From a bacterium (GTDB taxonomy: Bacteria > UBA8248 > JACPRG01 > G963555815), in the NCBI GenBank assembly GCA_965261595.1, contig CBDHDG010000005.1, positions 16,977 to 80,976 on the forward strand: a stretch of 64,000 nucleotides of DNA, written 5' to 3'. Under the pieces are notes generated by a model, which saw nothing but the letters and a program-made list of their open reading frames with translations, was not told where the DNA came from and did not search any database. This document shows, piece after piece, positions 37,767 to 47,627 of the stretch. Position 1 is the stretch's first letter. Every line of letters starts with the position of its first letter. The position numbers were made by a program, and so were the translations under genes.

Positions 37767-38320
37767 ACAGCGAGGCGCGCTGCATTCTCACGGCGGGCGA
37801 CATCCAACGGGCCCTGGACCGCATGGGGGCCGAAATCGTCGAACGGAACCGGGGCATTCGCGGCCTGGCCCTCGTGGGAATCCGGACGCGCGGGGAGTTT
37901 CTGGCCCAGCGTCTTCAGCAGTCCATCGCCTTTCACGCCGTCACGGGTTCCGGAGAGGGCGGGAAGGTGCCGGTGGGCGTGCTCGACACCACCATCCACC
38001 GGGATGACTACGACCCCCTGCGCGGGGAGGTGCAGATCCACAGGACCGAAATCGCCTTCGATGTGGAGGGGCTTCACCTGATCCTGGTGGACGATGTTCT
38101 TTGGACGGGGCGGACGGTGCGGGCCGGGATGACGGGGGTGATGAGCTTCGGGCGGCCCAGCCGGATCAGTCTGGCGGTCCTGGTGGACCGCGAAGGTCGG
38201 GAGCTTCCCATCAGCGCCGATTTTTGCGGCCGGGAGATTTCGACCGCGCCGGACGAGCGCGTGAAGGTGCTGCTTCAGGAGGTCGACGACCGCGATGAGG
38301 TCCTGGTGATCCGGAACTGA
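37763..38320 (+). CDS. pyrR: Bifunctional pyrimidine regulatory protein / uracil phosphoribosyltransferase PyrR
   Basis: LALVGIRTRGEFLAQRL, DTTIHRDD, PRPP loop LILVDDVLWTGRTVRA, LAVLVDREGRELPI. Confidence 0.9.
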   Translation: MNSEARCILTAGDIQRALDRMGAEIVERNRGIRGLALVGIRTRGEFLAQRLQQSIAFHAVTGSGEGGKVPVGVLDTTIHRDDYDPLRGEVQIHRTEIAFDVEGLHLILVDDVLWTGRTVRAGMTGVMSFGRPSRISLAVLVDREGRELPISADFCGREISTAPDERVKVLLQEVDDRDEVLVIRN

Positions 38321-38551
38321 GGGGAAAACCGCGGGGGGCGCTTTTTGTAAGGCGCCCCCCCGCACCCCCCCGCAAAACTTTCTGACGGCCCGGCATTTCA
38401 TGCCGGGCCTGCTGGGGTTGGGCGTCAGGCCGGCCGGCCTGAGAGTCTGTGCGTTTCCGGTGGCTTGGGTCTTTGTCCGGATGCCCGTCTGCCTACGACA
38501 CTTGCGTGTCTTCGGCAGCCGCAGCATCCGGACAAGGGGCCAGGTTTCTTG

Positions 38552-38586
38552 CGACAGCGTGCGGCCCGGAGGGCCGCACGCTGTCG
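38552..38586. repeat. Perfect 16-bp-stem GC-rich hairpin in the pyrR-mce intergenic region
   Basis: cgacagcgtgcggccc gga gggccgcacgctgtcg, with no adjacent T-tract. Further hairpins nearby include ggcccggcat ttc atgccgggcc at about 38388-38410. Confidence 0.7.
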
Positions 38587-38695
38587 CCTCTTGAAAGTTT
38601 TCTGGGGGGTTCCCAACCCCTGGGAGGGGTTCGAGGGGGCGGCTTTCAAAAAGCCCCCTCCGAGGTTTTATGTTTTGCCTTTAGGAGGTTTTGGC

Positions 38696-39112
38696 GTGGA
38701 GATTGGAAAGTTGGACCACATCGGCGTGGCCGTTCGGGACATGGAGCGGGCCATCGCCCAATACGAAAAGACATTGGGGGGCAAGGTCCGCAGCCGCCAT
38801 CCCAATCACAACAACGAAGTGGACGCCGCCTTCGTCCTGATTGGCGACACCGCCATCGAGTTCCTCGCCCCGACGAAGGAAGGAAGCGTTATGGACAAGT
38901 TTCTGGAAAAGCGGGGGGAGGGGATTCATCACCTGGCGTACAAAGTCCCGGACATCCACCGGGCCGTCCAGACCCTGATCCAGGACGGTCTGACGCCGCT
39001 CGACAAAGAACCGCGGCCCGGCATTCTGGGAGAGTTGATTTTCTTCTTCCACCCCAAGAGCACCCACGGCGTCCTGATAGAGCTTGTCGAAGCGGCCCCT
39101 GAGGGCGGTTAG
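38696..39112 (+). CDS. mce: Methylmalonyl-CoA epimerase (VOC/glyoxalase family)
   Basis: GTG 38696 is preceded by TAGGAGG. KLDHIGVAVRDMERAIAQYEKTLGG...AIEFLAPT...GEGIHHLAYKVPDI...FFHPKSTHGVLIELVE. Confidence 0.85.
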   Translation: MEIGKLDHIGVAVRDMERAIAQYEKTLGGKVRSRHPNHNNEVDAAFVLIGDTAIEFLAPTKEGSVMDKFLEKRGEGIHHLAYKVPDIHRAVQTLIQDGLTPLDKEPRPGILGELIFFFHPKSTHGVLIELVEAAPEGG

Positions 39113-39339
39113 GGGATGCCCTTTTTTTTGGCCGGTCCATTGGAAGCGCAAGAATCACAAACGGATTGCGGATTAACGATGATGGCCGGGATGGTTGTTC
39201 GTTCTCCCGTTTGAATCCTCAACAATTTCGATGACGGTCGGGGATGGCCGGAGGTCGGTTGAGCCCGCGCCCTCCAGCCCTTTCAGATGATCTGACGAAC
39301 GACTGATTCGTAATGTCCCCGGCCGGCGGCGCATCGGCG

Positions 39340-40404
39340 TCACGACGGGAGCTCGCAAGGAGCTTCCCCCGGGCTCGGGGTCAAATCACCCTTCCGCGAC
39401 ATCCGCGAAAAGAGTTTTTCAGGAGTCTGCCGGCAGAGGCGGAAGAGTCCTTTCTTCCCGGGCTTGCGTCTGCTCGGCGCCGTTTCTCCGCCGCAGAGGG
39501 TTTCCGCCAGGTTGAACATGGCCCGGGTGACCGGCGAGCGGGGCGCGCATTCCCATAAAGAGAGTCCCCGGTTGATGGCGTGAATCACCGTGCGATAATC
39601 CGAAGGAAGAGATGTGAGGACCGGGATGCCCACTGTCTTCCCGATTTCCTCCGGGCTCATATCGTCCTCGGCCGGATTGTACCGATTGACGATGAGGCGG
39701 ATTTTCTTCTCATAGCCCAGGGTCGTGAAGACATTCAGGGTGCGCTTGGCGTGGGCGACGGCCGCGAGGTGAGGAAGGGTGACCAGCAGAATCGTCCCGG
39801 ACAGATCCAGGGTTTTCAAATTGGCGGGAGAGAGATTGTTGCCGGTGTTGATGAGGACGAAATCGAACATCTCCCGCATCTCCAGGATGATCGGACCGAT
39901 ATTTTCCGCCGTCACCTTTTCGGCCTGTTGGATCTCCTTCGGGGCGGCCAGCACCTCGACGCCAGAGGCGTGAGGAATAAGCGCTTCGTGGAGGGCGGTT
40001 CGGATGGGCAGGTCATTGCGTTCGGCGATCTCGGCCAGGGTGGCGGAGGGGGAGAGGTTCAGGAAGAAGGAGACGTCCCCGAATTCCAGATCCATGTCGA
40101 TGAGAGCGACCTTCTTGTTTTGCTCCCGCGCCAGCAGGATTCCCAGGTTGACCGTCAGGGTGGTCAGCCCGCTCCCGCCCTTGGGGCTGAAGAGGGTGAT
40201 GACCTGCCCGAGCCGCCGGGCGTCTTTGACCCGCTCGATCCGGGAAAGCGCGGCGATGGCCTCTTCGGAGTCGAAAGGGAAGGCCAGGAAATCCCGGAAG
40301 CCGGAGCGCACACCGCGAATCAGGTGGTCCTCCGTTCCGCCCTTACTCACGCCGAGAAGGACCGATTGGGGCGAGGAATCCGATATCTCGGCCGCAACGG
40401 CCAT
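39340..40404 (-). CDS. cpaE: CpaE/TadZ-like MinD/ParA-family ATPase; the N-terminal receiver-like part appears cut off by an in-frame TAG
   Basis: Deviant Walker A FSPKGGSGLTTLTVNLG. The same frame upstream reads ...FREVRSLAESMDGWTFLGG...VAIFVNLDANPD*AMAVAAE, with TAG at 40408-40410. A further frame change falls in the T6 run at 40556-40561. Confidence 0.7.
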   Translation of the reverse strand: MAVAAEISDSSPQSVLLGVSKGGTEDHLIRGVRSGFRDFLAFPFDSEEAIAALSRIERVKDARRLGQVITLFSPKGGSGLTTLTVNLGILLAREQNKKVALIDMDLEFGDVSFFLNLSPSATLAEIAERNDLPIRTALHEALIPHASGVEVLAAPKEIQQAEKVTAENIGPIILEMREMFDFVLINTGNNLSPANLKTLDLSGTILLVTLPHLAAVAHAKRTLNVFTTLGYEKKIRLIVNRYNPAEDDMSPEEIGKTVGIPVLTSLPSDYRTVIHAINRGLSLWECAPRSPVTRAMFNLAETLCGGETAPSRRKPGKKGLFRLCRQTPEKLFSRMSRKGDLTPSPGEAPCELPS

Positions 40405-41116
40405 CGCCTAATCCGGGTTGGCGTCCAGGTTGACGAAGATCGCGACCGGCGCCCCCTCCCGGGCCGCGACGACGGCCTCCGTCCAATCCGGGACGCCCCC
40501 CAGAAATGTCCACCCATCCATGGACTCCGCGAGGCTCCGCACCTCCCGGAAAATCTTTTTTCCGGATCGACGGCCAGGACGCCCCAGGGCTGTCCCGGCC
40601 CTCCATCGGATATTCCTTCGCGTTCCTTCGGATGGTCGCGCATGGTCATACCTTATATATCGGTTGTCGGGGCCGCGAGATGAGTCCCGGGGGTTTGTCC
40701 CGTGTTTACGAAGGCTTTCGGGGAAACGGCGCCGCCCTCCCGTTTCGCTCAGGGGGAGGGGGGGGGAGGGAGACGGGTGTGGAGCGAAGGTTCCCGCGAG
40801 TTCCGGATTTTGGATGGGGTTGCATGGTCCTCATCTTTTCGGTAAACTGATTGGATGGAGATTTTCTTCTTCAGACCCGTGCTTTTGCGTCCCGATCTCG
40901 CGACCGGTTTGCCGTTATCGGACATGAGTGACTCGGACGGCGTTTCCGGGGGGGAGAGGGGAGGGGGCAACCCGGATTTTTTCCCGCCGGAATGCGGTGA
41001 CTCTTCACGCCGTCTTCTTTCAATCCTTCATCGGCGAATCGGCCCGAAGGCTTTAGCGGACAACAGAAAGTTTCACCGGGCCTTTCGCCCGTGACCCGCC
41101 GAATGGGCGAGGCCGC

Positions 41117-41464
41117 CTACTCCGCCTGGACGCCGCCCGTGACGACGCCCCCCGCAAGGTCCCGGCGGGCGGCGACGATGGAGATCGTGAACCCCGCGAT
41201 CACGTCCAGCAGCGACATCAGGCCGATGATCAGAAAAGCGGAATTGCCCGCGCCGGGCGCCAGGATGAACTCCACCAGAAACACAATGAAGACCAGCATG
41301 GACAACGTGTGGTTGATCACGGAAACCTTCGTGGTTCGGGTGGCGCGGAAGAGCTCGAAGTACAGGGCCAGGATGCCGAGGACAATCAGGGAGTCGCCGA
41401 AGGTCGCGACCCATTCCCCCCCCCCAAAAAAGACAGCGGAAGGGTGAACAGTGTGGCGTCTCAC
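41117..41464 (-). CDS. Small integral membrane protein (start uncertain)
   Basis: Three hydrophobic helices (LIVLGILALYFELF, LSMLVFIVFLVEFIL, FLIIGLMSLLDVIAGFTISIV). The candidate GTG is at 41464. A C10A6 homopolymer (41416-41431) lies in the 5' region. Confidence 0.45.
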   Translation of the reverse strand: MRRHTVHPSAVFFGGGEWVATFGDSLIVLGILALYFELFRATRTTKVSVINHTLSMLVFIVFLVEFILAPGAGNSAFLIIGLMSLLDVIAGFTISIVAARRDLAGGVVTGGVQAE

Positions 41465-41695
41465 AAATACGTGACATGTGTTTTGCCTTTTCCAAGCGAG
41501 GGTGTCACTGGCAGCTTGTCTGCCAGTGCCGCCTCGGAGCAACCCCGCAATGAGATGGAGTTTCCGGTGTCGGGATACCCTTTGGCTTTCCCAAAAAATG
41601 CGGCGTCGGCGGACAGACACAACCGTGTCGCGCCGCCAGTGGCGCCCTTTTCTGAGAAGCTTCAGAATTCGTGAGGTTATTTCTGAGACACGACG

Positions 41696-42718
41696 CTAGG
41701 GGGACGGTTCGTGGGCGGCTTGCAAGGGCCGCGGGTCGGATTCACCGGTGACGTCCACCTCGAAGCCCATGTCCCGAATCATCCGGTGGGCCTCGTCGGG
41801 GGGCTGGCCGGGGGTCGTGAGATAGCCCGAGACGAAGATGGAGTTGGCCGGGTAGAAGGCGAGCGGCTGGAGGGCGCCCAGTTGGATTTCCCGGCCTCCC
41901 GCCACGCGGATCTCCGAGCGAGGATTGAAGAACCGGACCAGGGAGAGAAGCCGCAGGCAGCGCGCGGCCCCCAGCGCGGCCGTTTCCGCCAGGGGCGTTC
42001 CCCCGAGGGCGTGCAGAAAGTTCACGGGGATGGACTCGGGCTGAAGCGCGCGAAGCGTCCGGCACACATCGTAGATGTCTTCGCTCGATTCGCCCTGGCC
42101 GAAAATCACCCCGGAGCAAAGCTCCATGCCCGCCCCGCGCGCGGAGTGGAGCGTTTGGAGGCGATCGGCGTAGGTGTGCGTGGAGCAGATGGAGGGGTAG
42201 TGCCGCTCGCTGGTGTTGAGGTTATGGTTCAGCCGGTCCACGCCGTGCGCCCGGAGGCGTCCGGCCTCCGCCTCGCCGAGGATCCCCAATGAGCAGCAGA
42301 TCGAGAGGTCGGTTTCGGCTTTGATCCGCCGGACCGCCGAGCCGATGTGTTCGATCTCCTCATCCGTGGGTCCGCGCCCGCTGATGACGATGCAATACCG
42401 GCGCGATTTCGCCGCCACCGCCCGCTTCGCCCCTTCGAGCAGGGCCGCTTCATCCATCAGCCGGTATTTTTCGATCGGGGCGGAGGAGACCGCCGATTGG
42501 GAGCAGTAAGCGCAGTCTTCCGGGCACAGACCGCTTTTGGCGTTGACGAGGAGGTGGATCTGGACCTTCCGGCCGAAGAACGCCCGCCTGACCCGGAAGG
42601 CCGCGTGAAGGATGGGGAGGAGGTCGTCCGCCGGGGCGTTGATGATCGCCTCCGCCTCATCCCGGCCGGGCGCGTCCCCGTTCAAAGAGCGTCTCGCCAA
42701 ATCCTGATAATCCATCAT
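41696..42718 (-). CDS. bioB: Biotin synthase (radical SAM)
   Basis: CPEDCAYCSQS radical-SAM cluster motif; ICCSLG; YNHNLNTS-like LNHNLNTSERHY; ELCSGVIFG. Confidence 0.9.
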   Translation of the reverse strand: MMDYQDLARRSLNGDAPGRDEAEAIINAPADDLLPILHAAFRVRRAFFGRKVQIHLLVNAKSGLCPEDCAYCSQSAVSSAPIEKYRLMDEAALLEGAKRAVAAKSRRYCIVISGRGPTDEEIEHIGSAVRRIKAETDLSICCSLGILGEAEAGRLRAHGVDRLNHNLNTSERHYPSICSTHTYADRLQTLHSARGAGMELCSGVIFGQGESSEDIYDVCRTLRALQPESIPVNFLHALGGTPLAETAALGAARCLRLLSLVRFFNPRSEIRVAGGREIQLGALQPLAFYPANSIFVSGYLTTPGQPPDEAHRMIRDMGFEVDVTGESDPRPLQAAHEPSP

Positions 42719-42815
42719 GGATGGACCGGCTTCCATCGTCACCGGCGGGGTCCTCGGTCTATGGAGTCTTGCGGGCGGCTCTTCCCCGGAAGCGGATGAT
42801 CCCCGGCCCGTCCCA

Positions 42816-44120
42816 TCACGAGGATGCGGCCGCGGGCGGGGGGGCGCCGTACAGGATGTTGCTGAGCGCGTCGCGGACCGACTCGGGGTCCATGCCGTTG
42901 GAGCGAAGAAAAGGCCCGCTTTCGTCCAGGACGCGCTGGATGTCTCCCAGGAGACGGAACCGCTGGAAGTAGGCGTCGTGGTGAATGTCCATCGCCTCGC
43001 CGACGAGGGAGATGAAGTTGCGGACGGCGAACGGTTGATTCGCCTCCTCGCCGCAGAGCTCCCGGTAGCAGCTGTGATACGTGGCGGCCAGGGTGTCGAT
43101 GCCCGCCGCCCGGGCCTCCCGGAAGAGCGTTTCCCTCATGTCCTCCTTGGCCGCTTCCAACAGGAGCGTCGGGCACTGATAGCCGTTCTGGACGAGCTGG
43201 GGGATCTCCACCAGCTCGAGGCCCGGCACGGAGCGCAGGATCTTGCGGACGTCCTCGTTGATTCCCGGCATGCCCGTGTGCTCGTGAAGCCCCACGCGCT
43301 TCTCGACCGGCCGGACGTACAGGGCCTTCAACGCGTCCAACCGGTCCGCCAGAAACCGGGTGATGTGCTCGAACGGCATGTCGGTGGGTTTTCCCAGGGG
43401 AGGGCGCTCGGTGTACTGCATCTGGCAGGAAGGGCAGAAGGTCACCACCTTGTCCGGATCGAAAGCGGCGAAGTGGCTGAGGGAGTTGGCCTTCATCCTC
43501 CCGCCCCCCTCCTCGTCCCCCGCACGGAGGTGGTTGACGCCGCAGCAGTTCGCCGCGCCGCCCTCGACGACGTAATCCACGTTCAGCTTCTCGAAAACGT
43601 CCAGGACAGTGAAAACGATGTGGGGCGTCTGGAGAAGGTTGCAGCCGAAGTAGAAGACGATGTCCGCTTGGGATTTTTTCCCCCGGCGGACGGCCGTCAG
43701 GTGGCGGAACCGCTCGGGCGCCATCTGGACGCCCGCGACCAGTTTCAGTGTCTGGCTGAAGCGCTTGAAGAATTCGCCCGTTTCCGCTTTTATCCCGGCC
43801 GCGCCGACCTCTTCCACCCTCAGCTTGGTTCGGGCGTAGGCGAGCATGGTTCGCGGGTTCACCGGCTCCGGGCAGGCGTCGATGCAGAGCCCGCTCATCA
43901 TGCAGGCCTCCGCCCAGGCGGCGCCCTCGCCGCGGACTTCTTTGTCCTGGATCAGGTCGATGACGTCCCGCGTCACCCGCTCGGGATCGGTGCCGGCGAG
44001 ATCGGTGTAGGGGACCATCGGGCACGCCTTGAAGCACTCGCCGCAATACGTGCAGGCGGCGGCCATCCGCGCGATGTCCTCGTTCATGTAATCAATGTGA
44101 GATGTCGGCAAAGTTGTCAT
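42816..44120 (-). CDS. Fe-S oxidoreductase with two 4Fe-4S motifs and two CCG domains (HdrD/GlpC-like)
   Basis: CTYCGECFKACP and CMMSGLCIDACP. CCG-type motifs FGCNLL...NCCGVN and CPSCQMQY...YHSCYREL. GAGGAG lies upstream of ATG 44120. Confidence 0.8.
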   Translation of the reverse strand: MTTLPTSHIDYMNEDIARMAAACTYCGECFKACPMVPYTDLAGTDPERVTRDVIDLIQDKEVRGEGAAWAEACMMSGLCIDACPEPVNPRTMLAYARTKLRVEEVGAAGIKAETGEFFKRFSQTLKLVAGVQMAPERFRHLTAVRRGKKSQADIVFYFGCNLLQTPHIVFTVLDVFEKLNVDYVVEGGAANCCGVNHLRAGDEEGGGRMKANSLSHFAAFDPDKVVTFCPSCQMQYTERPPLGKPTDMPFEHITRFLADRLDALKALYVRPVEKRVGLHEHTGMPGINEDVRKILRSVPGLELVEIPQLVQNGYQCPTLLLEAAKEDMRETLFREARAAGIDTLAATYHSCYRELCGEEANQPFAVRNFISLVGEAMDIHHDAYFQRFRLLGDIQRVLDESGPFLRSNGMDPESVRDALSNILYGAPPPAAASS

Positions 44121-44230
44121 CGTCTTCTCCTCAAACGTCCACTCGCCGCTGAGCGTTACGGTAAGTTTCATTGTAGACCCGGAATCGCGCATCTCCAAGC
44201 CGCCCCGTATAGGAACGCGCGCGGTTTCCC

Positions 44231-44557
44231 TTACGCGATGAGCCAGCGGAACAGGTGGAAGGTCGCGAGGGCGATTCCGATAATGAGCAGGACATTGCGA
44301 AACCACAGGGCGGCCCCCAGGGCCGCGAGCGCCGCGTAGAGTGCCGGGTTGGCCTCGAAGCCGGCGAACTCGCCCCCCGGAAAACCGACCAGAGAGACGG
44401 TCAGGGTGGCCAACGCCGCCACCGGCGCCGCTTCCAGGCAATGTTTCAAAAAGGGCGGCAGGCGGAGCCGTCCCGCCGTCGCGAGGATGGGACCCCGGGA
44501 CAGGTACGTGACGGCCGCCATCGCCAGGATCAGGTAGAAGACCGGCTGCGTAACCAA
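44231..44557 (-). CDS. azlD: Branched-chain amino acid transport protein AzlD
   Basis: 108-aa hydrophobic protein, ILAMAAVTYLSRGPILA...LPPFLKHCLEAAPVAALATL. The TTG start overlaps the end of azlC. Confidence 0.65.
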   Translation of the reverse strand: MVTQPVFYLILAMAAVTYLSRGPILATAGRLRLPPFLKHCLEAAPVAALATLTVSLVGFPGGEFAGFEANPALYAALAALGAALWFRNVLLIIGIALATFHLFRWLIA

Positions 44558-45258
44558 TTCAGGTAGCCTCCCGCGACAGAGATGAGGACGATGGTGACCA
44601 GGACGGCGTGCGCGTGGGGGAGAACGGCGGCGGCGCCGGCCGTGACGGGGACGGCCAGCAGGGCGACCGCGATCTCGGCGGGGCCGCGAAGCAGGGGAAT
44701 GAGGATGGCGATAAAGACGGCGGGGTTGACGATCTCCAGGCCCATGTCCCGGATCTCGGGAAGCGATTCCAGCAGGTAGCCGCCGATAAAGCTCGCGGGG
44801 ATCCAGGTGAGGTAAATGAAGAGGGTGACCGCGAGATAGTAGGCGTCCTTGCGCGGCGCTTCGGGATCGCGCAGGCACCGGGCGATGGACAGGGCGTAGG
44901 CCGCGTCCACCAGCCCAAAGCCGATGAAGGCCAGCCAGCGGGGCCTCCGGTCCCGGAAGTGGGGGGCCAGCGAGGCCGCGTAGAGGACGTAGCGCAGGTT
45001 CACAAGGAACGTGGTGAGGACGATGAGGACGAACCCGGCTCCCTGTTTCATCAGCCCCACGGCGATGAGCTGGGCCGGCCCCGCGTAAACGATGGCCGAC
45101 ATCAATCCGGCCTCGACCCAGGTCAGCCCGGCGGCACGGGCCAGCGCCCCGAAGATGAAACCGATGGCCGTCAGGCCGATGACGATGGGGAAAGACTCGC
45201 CCAGTCCCCTGCGAAATTCCGCCCGCGCGGCGTCCGATTCAATCATGAAGGCGTCCAA
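44530..45258 (-). CDS. azlC: AzlC-family branched-chain amino acid permease
   Basis: FRRGLGESFPIVIGLTAIGFIFGALA...SAIVYAGPAQLIAVGL...NLRYVLYAASL. Confidence 0.8.
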   Translation of the reverse strand: MDAFMIESDAARAEFRRGLGESFPIVIGLTAIGFIFGALARAAGLTWVEAGLMSAIVYAGPAQLIAVGLMKQGAGFVLIVLTTFLVNLRYVLYAASLAPHFRDRRPRWLAFIGFGLVDAAYALSIARCLRDPEAPRKDAYYLAVTLFIYLTWIPASFIGGYLLESLPEIRDMGLEIVNPAVFIAILIPLLRGPAEIAVALLAVPVTAGAAAVLPHAHAVLVTIVLISVAGGYLNWLRSRSST

Positions 45259-45315
45259 AGGTTCGTCGGGCTTGGCGGCCGCCCCGCGTGAGGCGGCGCG
45301 AAACGCTTCCGCCGC

Positions 45316-46578
45316 TCACAAGGCGGGGGAGGCGGCCCGGCCGATGGACCGGGGCAGGAGCAGGTAGTACGCCCCCGGGTGTTTCATCCGTCCCGCGTAG
45401 GCTTCGGCCCGGTCCCCCGTCCCCCAGAAGATGTCGCCCCGGACCGGACCTCGAATGGCGCCGCCCGTATCCTGGGCGATGAACAATCGGCGCAAGGGCC
45501 GCCGATCTCTCCAGGACCGGCCTTCCGCGGGGGCGTAGGTGTCGAGCCAGAGCGGGACGCCGAGAGGGATGAACCGCCTGTCCACGGCCAGCGATCGGAG
45601 GGCCGTCAGCGCGACGCCCTGCGCCCCGATGGGGCCGTCGCCTTCGATTTCCCGGAAAAAGATGTAGGACCGATTCTTTTCCAAAAGGGCGCGTCCCTTT
45701 TTCGGATGGCTCTTCACCCAGGCCCGGATGGACTGGAGCGTGACGCCCTCGCGTGCGAGGGCGCCGGTGCGGATCAGTTCCCGCCCGATGGAGCGGTAGG
45801 CGTGGCCGTTTTGGCCGTCATAACCGATCCGCAGGAGGGTTCCGTCTTCCAGGATCACCCGGCCCGAGCCCTGGACGTGAAGAAAGAAGGCGGCGACGGG
45901 ATCGTCCACCCAGACGATTTCGAGTCCCCGTCCTTCCAGGGCGCCGGCGTTGATGCCCGCCCGGTCGTCGTACGGCCTGAGCTTGCCCCCTTCGACCTTG
46001 CCGACGATCCGCCGCCCCCGCAGGTCCCTTTGGAATTGGCCCAGGTCGACCGTGACCAGGTCTTTCGGCCGGTTGTAAAGAGGGTGGAAGTACGGCCCGC
46101 CGCGCGTGCGGGAGCCGCGGAGGACCGGCTCGTAGTAGCCGGTGAACAGCCCGTTCGGGTCATCGTGGTCGGCCGCCCGGTAGGGGATGAACCATTTCTC
46201 GAAAAAGGCCCGCGCGCCCGGATTGTCCCGGGGACGGCCGTCCTCCAGCCGGGCCGCTTCGGCGCAGACGGCCCGCCAGTCGGCGACGCGTCCGGCGAAG
46301 CGCTTGCCGTCGATGGGCCGTGGGTCCGGCTGCCGATGAAGGCGTTCACAGGATTTCCGGAAGACGGGAAGGACCTCCGCGTGACGCTCCGCCCGCCACC
46401 CCGGCAGGTCTTTGAAGGCGGTCCGCTCCAGGATCAGTTGTGCGCGTCCGTGGACGGGGCCGGAGATTCGCTCGGGAGCGGAAGGCCCGAGGGAAATCGC
46501 GCAGCCGGAAAGGGCGAGGAGAAGAAGGAAGAACCCCCCGAGCGGGCCAAGGGGGGAACGCCGACGGGTCATCTTCAT
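45316..46578 (-). CDS. mltA: Membrane-bound lytic murein transglycosylase A (lipoprotein)
   Basis: Signal peptide plus lipobox LLLALSGCA. TGYYEPVLRGS, and the 3D-domain end AQDTGGAIRGPVRGDIFWGTG. Confidence 0.85.
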   Translation of the reverse strand: MKMTRRRSPLGPLGGFFLLLLALSGCAISLGPSAPERISGPVHGRAQLILERTAFKDLPGWRAERHAEVLPVFRKSCERLHRQPDPRPIDGKRFAGRVADWRAVCAEAARLEDGRPRDNPGARAFFEKWFIPYRAADHDDPNGLFTGYYEPVLRGSRTRGGPYFHPLYNRPKDLVTVDLGQFQRDLRGRRIVGKVEGGKLRPYDDRAGINAGALEGRGLEIVWVDDPVAAFFLHVQGSGRVILEDGTLLRIGYDGQNGHAYRSIGRELIRTGALAREGVTLQSIRAWVKSHPKKGRALLEKNRSYIFFREIEGDGPIGAQGVALTALRSLAVDRRFIPLGVPLWLDTYAPAEGRSWRDRRPLRRLFIAQDTGGAIRGPVRGDIFWGTGDRAEAYAGRMKHPGAYYLLLPRSIGRAASPAL

Positions 46579-46889
46579 TGGACGCTCGGATAACGACTCG
46601 ACATCGGAAATGGCCAAAGACATTCCAATTGAAAGTAATAGGATGGGTCGGTTTCGTCAAGTGAAATGGAGTTTGGGGGGGACCTCCATCTCTGAAGTCG
46701 CCGGTCCCCGGGAAGGATGCGACGTCTGGGTTTCCCATGTTTTGGACCCATGCCTGCGGCGGAGGATCCGTAATTTGATACAATCCGGATGGAAGCGGTG
46801 GATTCCGGTTCCGGCGCGAAGTCGCGGAACCGGATTCGTCCAGGACGTCTCAAAGACTGCCGACTCCCGGTCAACGGGCAAGACGCCGC

Positions 46890-46899
46890 GGGGGGGGGG
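46890..46899. repeat. G10 homopolymer just upstream of the methyltransferase SD/ATG
   Basis: Ten consecutive G, 6 nt before GAGGA (46906-46910) and 17 nt before ATG 46916. Confidence 0.9.
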
Positions 46900-46915
46900 C
46901 TGTCCGAGGATTTTC

Positions 46916-47590
46916 ATGGAGCGATCGATGCGAGAGGTGAATCTTCTGGACGCGTATCCCAGGATCCAGCGTCCGATCAAAGAGCGGGCGCAATGGAAAG
47001 ATCGGACCGAAGAGGGCCGGGCCGTCGCCAAGCGGTTCGGCCGGGAGTATTTCGACGGGACCCGGGATCAGGGGTGCGGAGGTTACCGTTACGATGGCCG
47101 GTGGAAGCCGGTCGCGAAGCGGATGATCGAATATTACGGTCTCACCGGCCGCGAAAGGATACTCGACATCGGAAGCGGGAAGGGCTTCCTGCTTCACGAT
47201 TTTCGTGGATGGATGCCCGAAGCGGAGGTCGCGGGAGTCGATATCTCCGCCTACGCGATCGAACACACCCTGGAGGACATCAAGCCGTTCATGCAGCGGG
47301 GCCATGCCGCGGACCTGCCCTATCCGGACAACACCTTCGACTTGGTCATTTCCATCAATGTCATTCACAACCTTTGGGACAAGGAATGCCGCCGGGCCCT
47401 CCGGGAGATGGAGCGCGTCGGGCGCAAACACAAATATCTCCAGATGGACTCTTTCCGGAACCGGGAAGAGGAGGAAAAGCTGAGGAATTGGCAGTTGACC
47501 GTGGAGTTGTTCTATATCACGGACCAGTGGAAGCGTATGTTTGAAGAAGAAGGATACTCGGGCGAATTTTATTGGACGATCACCGAATGA
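46916..47590 (+). CDS. Class I SAM-dependent methyltransferase
   Basis: Motif I ILDIGSGKGFLL, then VAGVDIS and FDLVISINVIHNL. GAGGA lies 5 nt upstream of the ATG. Confidence 0.8.
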   Translation: MERSMREVNLLDAYPRIQRPIKERAQWKDRTEEGRAVAKRFGREYFDGTRDQGCGGYRYDGRWKPVAKRMIEYYGLTGRERILDIGSGKGFLLHDFRGWMPEAEVAGVDISAYAIEHTLEDIKPFMQRGHAADLPYPDNTFDLVISINVIHNLWDKECRRALREMERVGRKHKYLQMDSFRNREEEEKLRNWQLTVELFYITDQWKRMFEEEGYSGEFYWTITE

Positions 47591-47627
47591 GGGCGACAAA
47601 GGCGGCCGGCCTGGAACCGCCGAATGG

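Noticed and set aside
38465-38695. N-terminal extension of the epimerase ORF (215-aa track version)
   Set aside because: The extension runs through the hairpin-rich intergenic region. A GTG with a TAGGAGG SD at 38696 gives the canonical KLDHIGVAV start.
42717-44339. 540-aa plus-strand ORF opposite the HdrD-like gene, and the 435-aa minus-strand ORF 42739-44046
   Set aside because: They are shadow ORFs. Only the 42816-44120 frame shows Fe-S and CCG motifs.
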